Assembly (NCBI GenBank): GCA_937921235.1
Contig: CALFOQ010000028.1
Location: 21,849-85,848, forward strand
Source: an uncultured Atopobium sp.
Lineage (GTDB): Bacteria > Actinomycetota > Coriobacteriia > Coriobacteriales > Atopobiaceae
Direction: 5' to 3'
DNA: 64,000 bases
Numbering within the stretch: the first letter of the stretch is position 1; each line of letters starts with the position of its first letter. A program made the position numbers and the translations under genes. The notes below the pieces were generated by a model. That model was given only the letters and a program-made list of their open reading frames with translations, did no database searches and was not told the DNA's origin. Below, in pieces: positions 55,045 to 63,829 of this stretch.

Positions 55045-56598
55045 ATGGAATTAGCAGCAGTAGGCATTGTTTGCCTTCTTGTGGGAGTAGGCCTTGCATA
55101 CGGCGTACTCTCTAACATTAGTAATTCAAAGATTAAAACTGCAGAACAGCAGTTAAAAGATGCTCAGACTAATGCAGATCGTATTGCTTCTGAAGCAGCT
55201 CGCCAGGCAGAAACAGTTAAAAAAGAAGCTGTTCTTGAGGCTAAAGAAGAAGTTCTGCAGCTTAAGCAGGCAGCAGAGGCAGATGAGAAAAAACGTAAAA
55301 GTGAGCTTCGTAGCATGGAGAATCGTATTCTTCAGCGTGAAGAGTCCCTTGATCACCGTACTGATGCACTAGAGAAGCGTGAGCATCAGCTCTCCAGCCT
55401 TCAGGGCCAGCTTGATCGTCGTAAAAACGATTTGGATTCTCTTGTTTCTCAGCAGTCTCAAGAGCTTGAGCGCATTGCAGCTCTTACAAAAGATGAGGCT
55501 CATGATGAGCTTCTATCTCGTGTTCGTTCTGAAAGTGTTCGCGATGAGGCTATGATTCTTCGTGAGTCTGAGCAGCGCGTTCGTGCACAAGCAGATAAAA
55601 CTGCACGTGAGATTATTTCTACCGCTATTCAGCGTGTCGCTGCAGATCAGGCTTCTGAGATTACAGTAACTTCCGTCCATATCCCATCTGATGATCTTAA
55701 GGGTAGGATTATTGGACGTGAGGGTAGAAACATTCGTACCTTCGAGCAGGTATCTGGTGTTTCTCTTGTTATTGATGACACTCCAGAGACTGTAGTTCTC
55801 TCAAGTTTTGATCCAGTCCGCCGTGAGACCGCTCGTGTTGCACTTGAGAACCTCATTGCAGACGGTCGTATTCATCCAGCACGTATTGAGGAGCTCTACA
55901 AGAAGGCTGAGGCTCTTGTTAACGAGCGTGTTCTTGAGGCTGGCGAACAGGCTGCATTTGATTGTGGTATTCACGATCTTCATCCAGAGATCGTAAAGAC
56001 TCTTGGTAAGCTTCGCTACCGTACTTCTTACGGTCAGAACGTTCTTGCTCACTCTGTTCAGGTTGCAGTACTTTGCGGCATTATGGCTGAAGAGCTTGGC
56101 CTTGAGCCTGCTCCAGCTAAGCGCGCTGGTCTGCTTCATGACCTTGGTAAGGCAATTGACCACGAGGTTGAGGGTCCACACGCTGTAATTGGTGCAGATC
56201 TTGCTCGTCGTCATGGTGAGCGCCCAGAGATTGTTCACGCCATTGAGGCCCACCATGCAGACATTGAGCCAAACACTGTTCTTGACATGCTTGTTATGGC
56301 TGCAGACGCTATTTCTGCTGCACGTCCTGGTGCTCGTCGTGAGTCTGCTGAGAACTACATCAAGCGCCTTGAGAAGCTTGAGGCTATCTCCAACGCACAC
56401 GAGGGCGTTGAGCGTACGTATGCGATGCAGGCTGGCCGTGAGCTTCACGTAATGGTTGAGCCTCAGATGATTAGCGATTCCGAGGCAACTGTTCTTGCTC
56501 ACGATATTGCTAAGCAAATTGAGGACGAGATGGAATACCCAGGACAGGTTCGCGTTGTTGTTATTCGCGAGTCTCGTGCTGTAGACGTTGCTAAGTAA
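55045..56598 (+). CDS. rny: ribonuclease Y
   Basis: N-terminal TM segment, coiled coil, KH domain (…IGREGRNIRTFE…) and HD domain (…HDLGKA…HH…). 517 aa. Confidence 0.95.
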   Translation: MELAAVGIVCLLVGVGLAYGVLSNISNSKIKTAEQQLKDAQTNADRIASEAARQAETVKKEAVLEAKEEVLQLKQAAEADEKKRKSELRSMENRILQREESLDHRTDALEKREHQLSSLQGQLDRRKNDLDSLVSQQSQELERIAALTKDEAHDELLSRVRSESVRDEAMILRESEQRVRAQADKTAREIISTAIQRVAADQASEITVTSVHIPSDDLKGRIIGREGRNIRTFEQVSGVSLVIDDTPETVVLSSFDPVRRETARVALENLIADGRIHPARIEELYKKAEALVNERVLEAGEQAAFDCGIHDLHPEIVKTLGKLRYRTSYGQNVLAHSVQVAVLCGIMAEELGLEPAPAKRAGLLHDLGKAIDHEVEGPHAVIGADLARRHGERPEIVHAIEAHHADIEPNTVLDMLVMAADAISAARPGARRESAENYIKRLEKLEAISNAHEGVERTYAMQAGRELHVMVEPQMISDSEATVLAHDIAKQIEDEMEYPGQVRVVVIRESRAVDVAK

Positions 56599-56601
56599 TT
56601 T

Positions 56602-57687
56602 ATGGCAGCCACCTCTACTGACTTAACAGGTTTTGTCGCCTCCATGGGAGGTGAGCGCGCACTCCGTGTCGAGGAATCCCTCGGCGCGGGGTACGTTCGT
56701 TTACGCGTTGCAGAAGCAGAGCGTAGACAGGCAAAGCATGATATTCGTTCGGTAGAAGATATTGTTATCGAGCTCTTGCGTAATTCTCGCGATGCTGGTG
56801 CTCGTCACATTTATGTTGCAACGTCAAAAGAAGGTGCGCTCAGAACTATCACCATGCTTGATGATGGTCAGGGCATTCCAAAAGACATGCAGGAGAAAAT
56901 CTTTGAAGCTCGTGTAACTTCAAAGCTTGAGAGCATGCATATGGACCGTTGGGGAATTCATGGCCGAGGCATGGCTCTCTATTCAATCAAAGAAAACTGT
57001 GAATCGGCCCAAGTTGTGGCTTCGGCTTCGGGACTTGGTTCTGTTATTCAGATTGTGGTAGACACTACTAAAATTTCTGAGCGAGTAGATCAGTCTACTT
57101 GGCCAACCTGTGGTTTGAATGAGGATGGAATCAAAACAACCGTTAAAGGTCCTCATAACATTATTCGTACCTGCTGTGACTTTGCGCTTGAGGTCAAAGG
57201 CTCGTGTGAGGTAATGCTGGGCTCTGCTGCAGAGATTGCAGCTACTGCTCGTCGCAGAATTGCACAGACGCTTGATATCGCTGACCTGCTATTTGTTGAA
57301 GGCTTTGAAAACGTGCCTATTCTCGAGCGCTTCAGGGCCGCAGCGGATGCAACAGAGCTTTCTGAGGTTTGTAAGTCTCTTGGTCTTTCAATGTCAGATA
57401 GAACTGCTCATAGAATTATTGCTGAGCAGATTAAGCCTTTGCGTAGTGTGTATGCACAGGTCAGCCACACTGTTGAACCTGAAGGGGTTTCTCGCGAAAT
57501 TGATCTGATGAAAGACCACCGAGGCCTCAAGATGAGTAAGGCTGATATCAGCAGTTTTTCTCGAAAAATGGAGCAGAGCTTTGCTGATTTGTCCGAGAAA
57601 TACTATGTTTCTTTGACGTCTGAGCCTCGTGTCCGTGTAAGTAAAAACAAAATTGTTGTGACTTTTGATATTGAGTCGCAAGAGTAG
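56602..57687 (+). CDS. stand-alone GHKL (Bergerat-fold) ATPase with MutL-like motifs
   Basis: N-box IELLRNSRDAGARHIYV (compare MutL KELVENSLDAGA). G1 plus following sequence LDDGQGIP…FEARVTSKL (compare MutL DNGxGI…RHATSKI). G2 GIHGRGMALYSI (compare GFRGEALASI). No histidine-kinase H-box or DHp domain and no MutL C-terminal domain are recognisable. Confidence 0.7.
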   Translation: MAATSTDLTGFVASMGGERALRVEESLGAGYVRLRVAEAERRQAKHDIRSVEDIVIELLRNSRDAGARHIYVATSKEGALRTITMLDDGQGIPKDMQEKIFEARVTSKLESMHMDRWGIHGRGMALYSIKENCESAQVVASASGLGSVIQIVVDTTKISERVDQSTWPTCGLNEDGIKTTVKGPHNIIRTCCDFALEVKGSCEVMLGSAAEIAATARRRIAQTLDIADLLFVEGFENVPILERFRAAADATELSEVCKSLGLSMSDRTAHRIIAEQIKPLRSVYAQVSHTVEPEGVSREIDLMKDHRGLKMSKADISSFSRKMEQSFADLSEKYYVSLTSEPRVRVSKNKIVVTFDIESQE

Positions 57688-57714
57688 AACAAACGCACAA
57701 TAATTGGAGCACTC

Positions 57715-58038
57715 ATGGGTTTGCTTAAAGTTTCAAGTAAGTCTTCACCAGCTTCTGTAGCAGGAGCTATTGCGGGACTGGTTAAAGATAATGAGCCTGT
57801 TATGCTCCAGTGCATTGGTGCGGGTGCAGTCAACCAGGGCATCAAAGCTATTGCTATTGCGCGTGGCTTCTTGATTCCTTGCGGTCTGGATATCACCTGT
57901 GCTCCAACATTTTCTGATATCGAGATTGCAGGGGAGAGTAGAACTGCAATAAAAATTGCCATTTATGTCCACACATTGTCTGCTCCCGATACGCAGACGC
58001 CAGCTGTTAGTCCCACTGAGTATGACGAGGTACTTTAA
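57715..58038 (+). CDS. spoVS: SpoVS family protein
   Basis: LLKVSSKSSPASVAGAIAGLV…IGAGAVNQGIKAIAIARGFL…TAIKI aligns along its length with Bacillus/Thermus SpoVS as I remember it. Confidence 0.88.
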   Translation: MGLLKVSSKSSPASVAGAIAGLVKDNEPVMLQCIGAGAVNQGIKAIAIARGFLIPCGLDITCAPTFSDIEIAGESRTAIKIAIYVHTLSAPDTQTPAVSPTEYDEVL

Positions 58039-58040
58039 GT

Positions 58041-59408
58041 ATGATTGAAAATTCCGAGCTCGTAGGAAAAACGTATCACATCAAAACTTTTGGCTGCCAA
58101 ATGAATCTGCACGATACAGAGCGTGTCTCTGGTCTGCTTGAGGCTTGTGGCTGCAATGAGGTTTCAGATACTGATGACGCTGATATTGTCATCTTCATGA
58201 CCTGTAGCGTCCGTGAGAACGCCGATCAGCGTCTCTATGGTCAGGCTTCTGCGATGGTGAGTGCTCCAACGCCTCCATCAGGCAAGCGTATTGTTGCTAT
58301 TGGCGGCTGCATTGCACAGCGTGATGGCGAGAAACTCCGTGAAAAGGTTCCAGCTGTTGACGTTGTGTTCGGTACCAGCGCACTTGCAAGCTTGCCAGAA
58401 CTTCTCACCAGTGCATTTAGGGGCGAGAATGACCGTGTAGCCGTAGACACTTCTGAGGAGGGCAAGGGCTTCTCCACAGATCTGCCGAGCAACCGTGCTC
58501 AGCAGTATCACGCTTGGGTGCCTATCATGACTGGTTGCAACAATTTCTGCACGTATTGCATTGTTCCTTACGTTCGCGGTCGTGAGCGCAGTCGCACCTT
58601 TGAGGCTGTTATTGGTGAGTGCGAGCGTCTTGTCGCAGATGGCGTTCGTGAGATTACCCTTCTTGGCCAAAACGTTAACTCATATGGTCGCGATCTCTAC
58701 GGTAAGCCTCGTTTTGCAGAGCTTTTGCGTGCCGTGGGTCAGACGGGCGTTGAGCGAATCCGTTTTACCTCATCGAATCCAAAAGATCTTACTGATGAGA
58801 CTATTGCGGCTATGAAGGAAACGCCAGCTGTCATGCCTCATCTTCATCTTGCGGTTCAAAGTGGCTCTACGCGTGTTCTTAAGAAGATGAACCGCAGCTA
58901 TACACGAGAAGAGTACTTAGACGTGGTTTCTCGCCTGCGTGCGGCTATTCCAGGACTGGCGCTTTCAACAGACATTATTGTTGGCTTCCCCGGAGAGACA
59001 GAGGAAGACTTTGAGGATACGCTTTCTTTGGTCAAAGAAGCTGGGTACTCTTCTGCGTATACCTTCATTTACTCTAAGCGTCCAGGCACTCCTGCGGCAA
59101 AATACGAAGACAACACGCCTCACGAGGTCATCCAGGAGCGCTTTGACAGGCTTGCAGAGCTTGTGGCTCAGCAGGCACACGACGCTAACCAGGTAGATCT
59201 CAATACTACACAGGCAGTTCTTGTTGAGGGAACTTCCAAGCGTGACAATACCGTTATGGTGGGACATAGCGAGAAGAACCAAACAGTTCACTTCAATTTG
59301 CCAGAAGGTTACACGCCAGAAGATCTTATCGGCAAAATTGTTGATGTTCATATTGATGAGGCTCGTACCTGGTATTTGCGCGGAACCATGGAGTCTGATC
59401 CTCGATGA
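58041..59408 (+). CDS. miaB: tRNA (N6-isopentenyl-A37) 2-methylthiotransferase MiaB
   Basis: …IKTFGCQMNLHDTE…, radical-SAM motif GCNNFCTYCIVPYVRGRERSR, and a TRAM C-terminus. Precedes miaA. Confidence 0.92.
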   Translation: MIENSELVGKTYHIKTFGCQMNLHDTERVSGLLEACGCNEVSDTDDADIVIFMTCSVRENADQRLYGQASAMVSAPTPPSGKRIVAIGGCIAQRDGEKLREKVPAVDVVFGTSALASLPELLTSAFRGENDRVAVDTSEEGKGFSTDLPSNRAQQYHAWVPIMTGCNNFCTYCIVPYVRGRERSRTFEAVIGECERLVADGVREITLLGQNVNSYGRDLYGKPRFAELLRAVGQTGVERIRFTSSNPKDLTDETIAAMKETPAVMPHLHLAVQSGSTRVLKKMNRSYTREEYLDVVSRLRAAIPGLALSTDIIVGFPGETEEDFEDTLSLVKEAGYSSAYTFIYSKRPGTPAAKYEDNTPHEVIQERFDRLAELVAQQAHDANQVDLNTTQAVLVEGTSKRDNTVMVGHSEKNQTVHFNLPEGYTPEDLIGKIVDVHIDEARTWYLRGTMESDPR

Positions 59409-60340
59409 GCTCTCGTGGCTCGGTTATCTGCATTGTAGGCCCCACGGCTTCGGGCAAAAGCTCCTTGTCTGAGCTGGTAGCTAAGAAGCTTGAGACCTCT
59501 GTCATTTCTGTTGACGCAATGCAGGTTTATCGTGGTATGGATATTGGCACTGCTAAAACTCCTGTTGAGGAGCGAGAAGTTCCTCTTCTCATGGTAGATT
59601 GTGCCAACATTTCAGAAGAATATTCTGTCCAGATGTTTCAAGTGGCAGCTCGTGAAGAAGCCCATAAGATTATTAAAGCTGGTAAAACACCTGTATTCTG
59701 TGGCGGAACGGGTCTTTATCTTGATTCGATTATCGATCAGATGGAGTTTCCCTCAGGGTCAATCGAGTCTCCTGTAAGAACTCGCTATGAAAAGCTTGCT
59801 AAAGAGCTTGGTGCTGAGGGCCTGCACGAATTTCTCGCCACAAAAGATGCAGCAAGTGCAGAGCTTATCCATCCAAATAACGTACGACGCGTTGTAAGGG
59901 CTTTAGAGCTCTTGGAAGAGGGCAAGTCGTATGCAACTCATCATGAGGGCCTAAAGGCTCATACACCGTACTTTGACGCCCAGATATGGGGTCTTACGAT
60001 GGGCCGTCAGCGCCTTTATGAGCAAATAAACCTCCGAGTTGACCTTATGTTTGAGCAAGGGCTTGTTGAAGAGGTTCAAGCGCTTATTGAGTCCGGTCTC
60101 TCTGAAAATTGCACGGCTGGCCAGGCAATTGGCTACAAAGAGTTCTTTGCATATTTTGCTGGTGAACAGTCGCTTGAGCAAACATGTGAGCTTATTAAAC
60201 AGCACACCAGACAGTATGCAAAGCGACAGATTTCTTGGCTTAAACGAGATGGTCGAGTCAGGTGGCTTGATATGGATCGGCTCACGCCTGAAGATGCGCT
60301 CGAACTGATTCTTGCGCAGCATGCTGACGTACAATGCTAG
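59405..60340 (+). CDS. miaA: tRNA dimethylallyltransferase
   Basis: P-loop GPTASGKS and …DAMQVYRGMDIGTAK…. 4-nt overlap with miaB. Confidence 0.93.
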   Translation: MSSRGSVICIVGPTASGKSSLSELVAKKLETSVISVDAMQVYRGMDIGTAKTPVEEREVPLLMVDCANISEEYSVQMFQVAAREEAHKIIKAGKTPVFCGGTGLYLDSIIDQMEFPSGSIESPVRTRYEKLAKELGAEGLHEFLATKDAASAELIHPNNVRRVVRALELLEEGKSYATHHEGLKAHTPYFDAQIWGLTMGRQRLYEQINLRVDLMFEQGLVEEVQALIESGLSENCTAGQAIGYKEFFAYFAGEQSLEQTCELIKQHTRQYAKRQISWLKRDGRVRWLDMDRLTPEDALELILAQHADVQC

Positions 60341-60390
60341 TAGGACGCATCAAAAACTAACGTATTTACCTTGTCTTAGATGGGGAGTTT

Positions 60391-61704
60391 ATGGGTCGTT
60401 TTGTTCCATTTTCTACAGCTCCTAAAGTTGAACGAGCAATTCTTGTAGGCGTTGATTGCGGTAAAAGCGATTGGTCGCTTGAAGAATCAATGGACGAGCT
60501 TGAGCGTCTGACACAAACTGACGGCGCTGAAGTCTTTATGCGCCTTACACAAAAGCTTGATGCTCCCGTTCCTAAGACGTTTATTGGTAAAGGCAAAACC
60601 GAGGAACTTGTTTCTCTGGTAAGAAACACCAATACTGACGTTGTCATCTTTGATGATGAGCTCACGCCTTCTCAGCAATCTAATCTAGAAAAATTACTTG
60701 GCAAGCCTGTTAAAGTTATTGACCGAACAGCGCTCATTCTTGATATTTTTGGTATTCACGCGCGCACTAAAGAAGGACGACTTCAGGTACAGCTTGCACA
60801 GCTTCAGTACGTACTTCCAAGGCTTCGTGGCATGTGGAGTCACCTGGTAGGCGAGCAAACTCGTGGTGGAATTGGTAGCCGATTTGGCCAGGGTGAAAGC
60901 CAGCTTGAGGTTGACCGTCGCCTTATTAGAAAGCGCATTTCAACCTTGAAAAATGAGCTCAAGCAGCTCAGCCAAAGGCGAGAAGTTCAGTCAAAGTCCA
61001 GGTGGAATTCTGGAACGTTTAGTGTCTCACTTGTTGGATATACCAATGCTGGTAAGTCAACTCTTCTGAATCAACTTACAGGCGCGGATGTATATGCAAA
61101 AGATGAACTCTTTGCAACTCTTGATCCAACTACCAGAGCACTTTCTCTTGATGAAGGCAGAAAGATTGTTCTTACGGATACTGTTGGATTTATTCAAAAG
61201 CTCCCAACTAATCTGATTGAGTCTTTTAAATCTACCTTGGTAGAGGCTCAAGAAGCAGATCTTCTTCTGCTAGTTGCAGATGCAACTGATAAGAATCTTT
61301 CTAAAGAAATAGCAGTTGTTCGTAGTATTTTGAAAGACATCGAGGCTGATAAAAGTGATCAGATTCTTGTATTAAACAAGGTTGACCTACTTGATGACCA
61401 AGAGCTTCAAATGCTCAGAGCACTCTATCCAGATGCTGTATTTATTTCTGCTCAGGAAGGTATGGGCATTAACGGCCTTCTCCACAAGATTCAAGAAATA
61501 GCTAGCGCCGGCGACAAGGTGGTTAGTGCACTTATTCCGTTCAACAAAGGTGCTCTTGTTAAGTCTGTTCATGAGAGGTGTCAGCTTTTGCATGAGCAAT
61601 ATGTTGCTGAAGGGCTTTTACTGTCAGTTAAAGCCGACACGTATATGCAGGCACTTTTAGAGCCGTACGTGGTGTCAGAAGACGATATTCTGACTGACGA
61701 ATAA
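60391..61704 (+). CDS. hflX: GTPase HflX
   Basis: HflX N-domain (…LILDIFGIHARTKEGRLQVQLAQLQY…), G-domain GYTNAGKSTLLN, DTVGF, NKVD. Confidence 0.93.
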   Translation: MGRFVPFSTAPKVERAILVGVDCGKSDWSLEESMDELERLTQTDGAEVFMRLTQKLDAPVPKTFIGKGKTEELVSLVRNTNTDVVIFDDELTPSQQSNLEKLLGKPVKVIDRTALILDIFGIHARTKEGRLQVQLAQLQYVLPRLRGMWSHLVGEQTRGGIGSRFGQGESQLEVDRRLIRKRISTLKNELKQLSQRREVQSKSRWNSGTFSVSLVGYTNAGKSTLLNQLTGADVYAKDELFATLDPTTRALSLDEGRKIVLTDTVGFIQKLPTNLIESFKSTLVEAQEADLLLLVADATDKNLSKEIAVVRSILKDIEADKSDQILVLNKVDLLDDQELQMLRALYPDAVFISAQEGMGINGLLHKIQEIASAGDKVVSALIPFNKGALVKSVHERCQLLHEQYVAEGLLLSVKADTYMQALLEPYVVSEDDILTDE

Positions 61705-62439
61705 GGCAATAAGCAGCAAAATTGGTTGATGCAAAATGTAAATGAGAAGTGAATGTCTTCCCATCTCTGTTATGAGGGGAAGAGAGAATCTTTTCATCCA
61801 GTTGGGATATCCAGCTTCTTTAAACTGTCTGTTAAAAGCAGCACCACTTAAATACAAGAACAAATAGGGGAGTAATGGGTAGTAATCTCCTGATGAAAAA
61901 GATGGAGAAGGAAATCCAGCCCAGGCAAAATATGGTGTTTGGTATAACTCTTTAGGTAACGAGAAAACCATGTTGCCTATACCAATATGGCCACTAGAAA
62001 TTGGAATACAAACGACAAAAATTAAAAGCAAAAGAATTGCTGCTGCATATCCTTTTGGTGGAACAGCGAAACGTGAAATAAGAGCTTCAACCAAGGTGCA
62101 TGAGGCCATACAAAAGAAGATTCCAAACGTAATGGGAGTATCAACTTTTGCAAAGGTAGTTGCTGCAAATATTGCTAAGGCTACAAGGCCATAAACTCCT
62201 GCACGCTTAAAAGAATCTTTAGAGAAAGCGCACATACAACCAGCAATAAAAATAAAAGGATATGAGATTGATGGTATCCAGATTTGCATAAGCAGGGGTG
62301 TAAACCACGTTAGTTTAACGTGCGAGATAAAGAACAAATCATAGGTAAAGTGAAACAGAATCATTGAAACTACCGAGATACCTCGTATAGTGTCAAAAAA
62401 CGTTATTCTCCCTTTGGTTTGTTTTAACTCAGCACCCAT
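61675..62439 (-). CDS. DUF1624 / heparan-alpha-glucosaminide N-acetyltransferase-like membrane protein
   Basis: Polytopic membrane protein starting …RITFFDTIRGISVVSMILFHFTYDL…, typical of that acyltransferase-like family. Its 3' end overlaps the hflX 3' end by 30 nt. Confidence 0.7.
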   Translation of the reverse strand: MGAELKQTKGRITFFDTIRGISVVSMILFHFTYDLFFISHVKLTWFTPLLMQIWIPSISYPFIFIAGCMCAFSKDSFKRAGVYGLVALAIFAATTFAKVDTPITFGIFFCMASCTLVEALISRFAVPPKGYAAAILLLLIFVVCIPISSGHIGIGNMVFSLPKELYQTPYFAWAGFPSPSFSSGDYYPLLPYLFLYLSGAAFNRQFKEAGYPNWMKRFSLPLITEMGRHSLLIYILHQPILLLIALFVSQNIVF

Positions 62440-62446
62440 ACTGTGA

Positions 62447-63100
62447 CTATGAAATTGATCTAATAAGTGCAGTAACCCTACCTAAAATGACAGGATTTTG
62501 TACGTAGATTGGCTCCATAAAGTCATTTTCTGGTTGAAGACGAATGCGATCGTTTTCTCTGTAGAACGTTTTAACTGTTGCAGAATCATCAATAAGAGCA
62601 ACAACAATTTCTCCATCATGGGCATCTTGCTGCTCTTTTACAACAATATAATCGCCATCAAAAATACCAGCATTAATCATTGATTCTCCGCGAACACGAA
62701 GAATAAAAGAACTTGAATCCCCAACAATGCTAGTTGGAAGAGACAGAGATTCTTCTACGTTTTGCTCAGCAAGAATAGGAGTACCAGCAGCAACACGTCC
62801 TACAAGAGGAAGGCTGATCACATTATTAGCTACGTCTTGAGTAACGGGGGCAAGCTTTGCTGTATCAGAAGTGTTAGAAGCCTGAGGAACAATTTTCATA
62901 GTACGAGGCTTCTTTGGGTCTCTATCAATTAGTCCAAACTGCTCAAGAACTTTTAAATGCATGTGGACAGTTGAAGGAGATGCAAGATTAACGGCAGCAC
63001 CAATCTCTCTTACTGAAGGGGGATAGCCATGTTGATCTGTGTAAGAACAGATGTATTCATAAATTGCTGCCTGACGCTTGCTGAGTTTGCCCTTTGGCAT
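62447..63100 (-). CDS. lexA: SOS repressor LexA
   Basis: Winged-helix N-domain (LSKRQAAIYEYI…GYPPSVREIGAAVNLASPSTVHMHLKVLE) and S24 peptidase domain (…VRGESMINAGIFDGDYIVV…K). GGAGG RBS. Confidence 0.96.
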   Translation of the reverse strand: MPKGKLSKRQAAIYEYICSYTDQHGYPPSVREIGAAVNLASPSTVHMHLKVLEQFGLIDRDPKKPRTMKIVPQASNTSDTAKLAPVTQDVANNVISLPLVGRVAAGTPILAEQNVEESLSLPTSIVGDSSSFILRVRGESMINAGIFDGDYIVVKEQQDAHDGEIVVALIDDSATVKTFYRENDRIRLQPENDFMEPIYVQNPVILGRVTALIRSIS

Positions 63101-63128
63101 ATGAGCCTCCTTTTTCTTTTTAATAATA

Positions 63129-63220
63129 ATACACGTGTTCTAAAAAATAATCAAACGAATGTTCTATTTTTTCTTGACACGAACAAACGTACTAAATATT
63201 ATTAGTACAAACGTTCGAAC
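63129..63220. promoter_or_regulatory. cluster of four SOS-box-like sites in the lexA / LysM divergent promoter region
   Basis: Read towards the GAAC half, the sites are GAACACGTGTAT (63129-63140, minus), GAACATTCGTTT (63153-63164, minus), GAACAAACGTAC (63181-63192, plus) and GAACGTTTGTAC (63205-63216, minus). Candidate plus promoter: TTGACA 63174-63179, 17 nt, TATTAT 63197-63202. Candidate minus promoter: TTGATT, 17 nt, TATTAT, flanking the first box. Confidence 0.6.
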
Positions 63221-63285
63221 ATGACTTTTTGTCCGGTGTATTAGATATAACTAGTTCCGTAAAAACTATTACGGAAGGAAATGAT

Positions 63286-63732
63286 ATGAGGCGTATGTAT
63301 CAGTCAAAGATGTATCAGGTTAGCGGAACTTCAGCTCTTGCTTCTTATAAGCCTGCATTTAAGTTAATTAACGGCGGAGCAAAGAAAGAATCTGTTGCAC
63401 CTCAGCGTGAGGAAGTTTCTTACGTAAAGACGCTAACAAACAAAGAAGCTTTTGTTGCTGGACTTATTATTACTGCATCCTTTGTTTTGATGTTTGCGGT
63501 TTCTTTTCTTCGCACAACCGCTCTCAATTCATTTGCTACATCTGTAATGGATAGCGCTTCACAAACAATTACCGTTCATAGCAATGACACACTGTGGTCA
63601 ATTGCAGAGAGCAATCCTATTGAGGGCGTCTCTACAGAGCAACAAATAAGCTGGATTAGAGAAAAAAATAATCTTGATTCTTCTCTTTTAAGAACTGGAC
63701 AAACTCTAGAGATTCCTTCTGTATCTAAATAG
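63286..63732 (+). CDS. LysM-domain membrane protein, positional equivalent of ChiZ/DivS (SOS-linked cell-division inhibitor candidates)
   Basis: One TM segment (FVAGLIITASFVLMFAVSFL) and a C-terminal LysM domain (ITVHSNDTLWSIAE…LRTGQTLEIP). Located between lexA (divergent) and nrdR. ATG 63286 has GGAAGGA upstream; the track start is TTG 63229. Confidence 0.75.
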   Translation: MRRMYQSKMYQVSGTSALASYKPAFKLINGGAKKESVAPQREEVSYVKTLTNKEAFVAGLIITASFVLMFAVSFLRTTALNSFATSVMDSASQTITVHSNDTLWSIAESNPIEGVSTEQQISWIREKNNLDSSLLRTGQTLEIPSVSK

Positions 63733-63829
63733 TAAATATTTATGTAAATTTCTCTCGGAATTCTGTGTTGATAACACTTAATACCTGCGTAAAATGGTAT
63801 CTTCCTTTTATACGAAAAAAGGGGATTCC

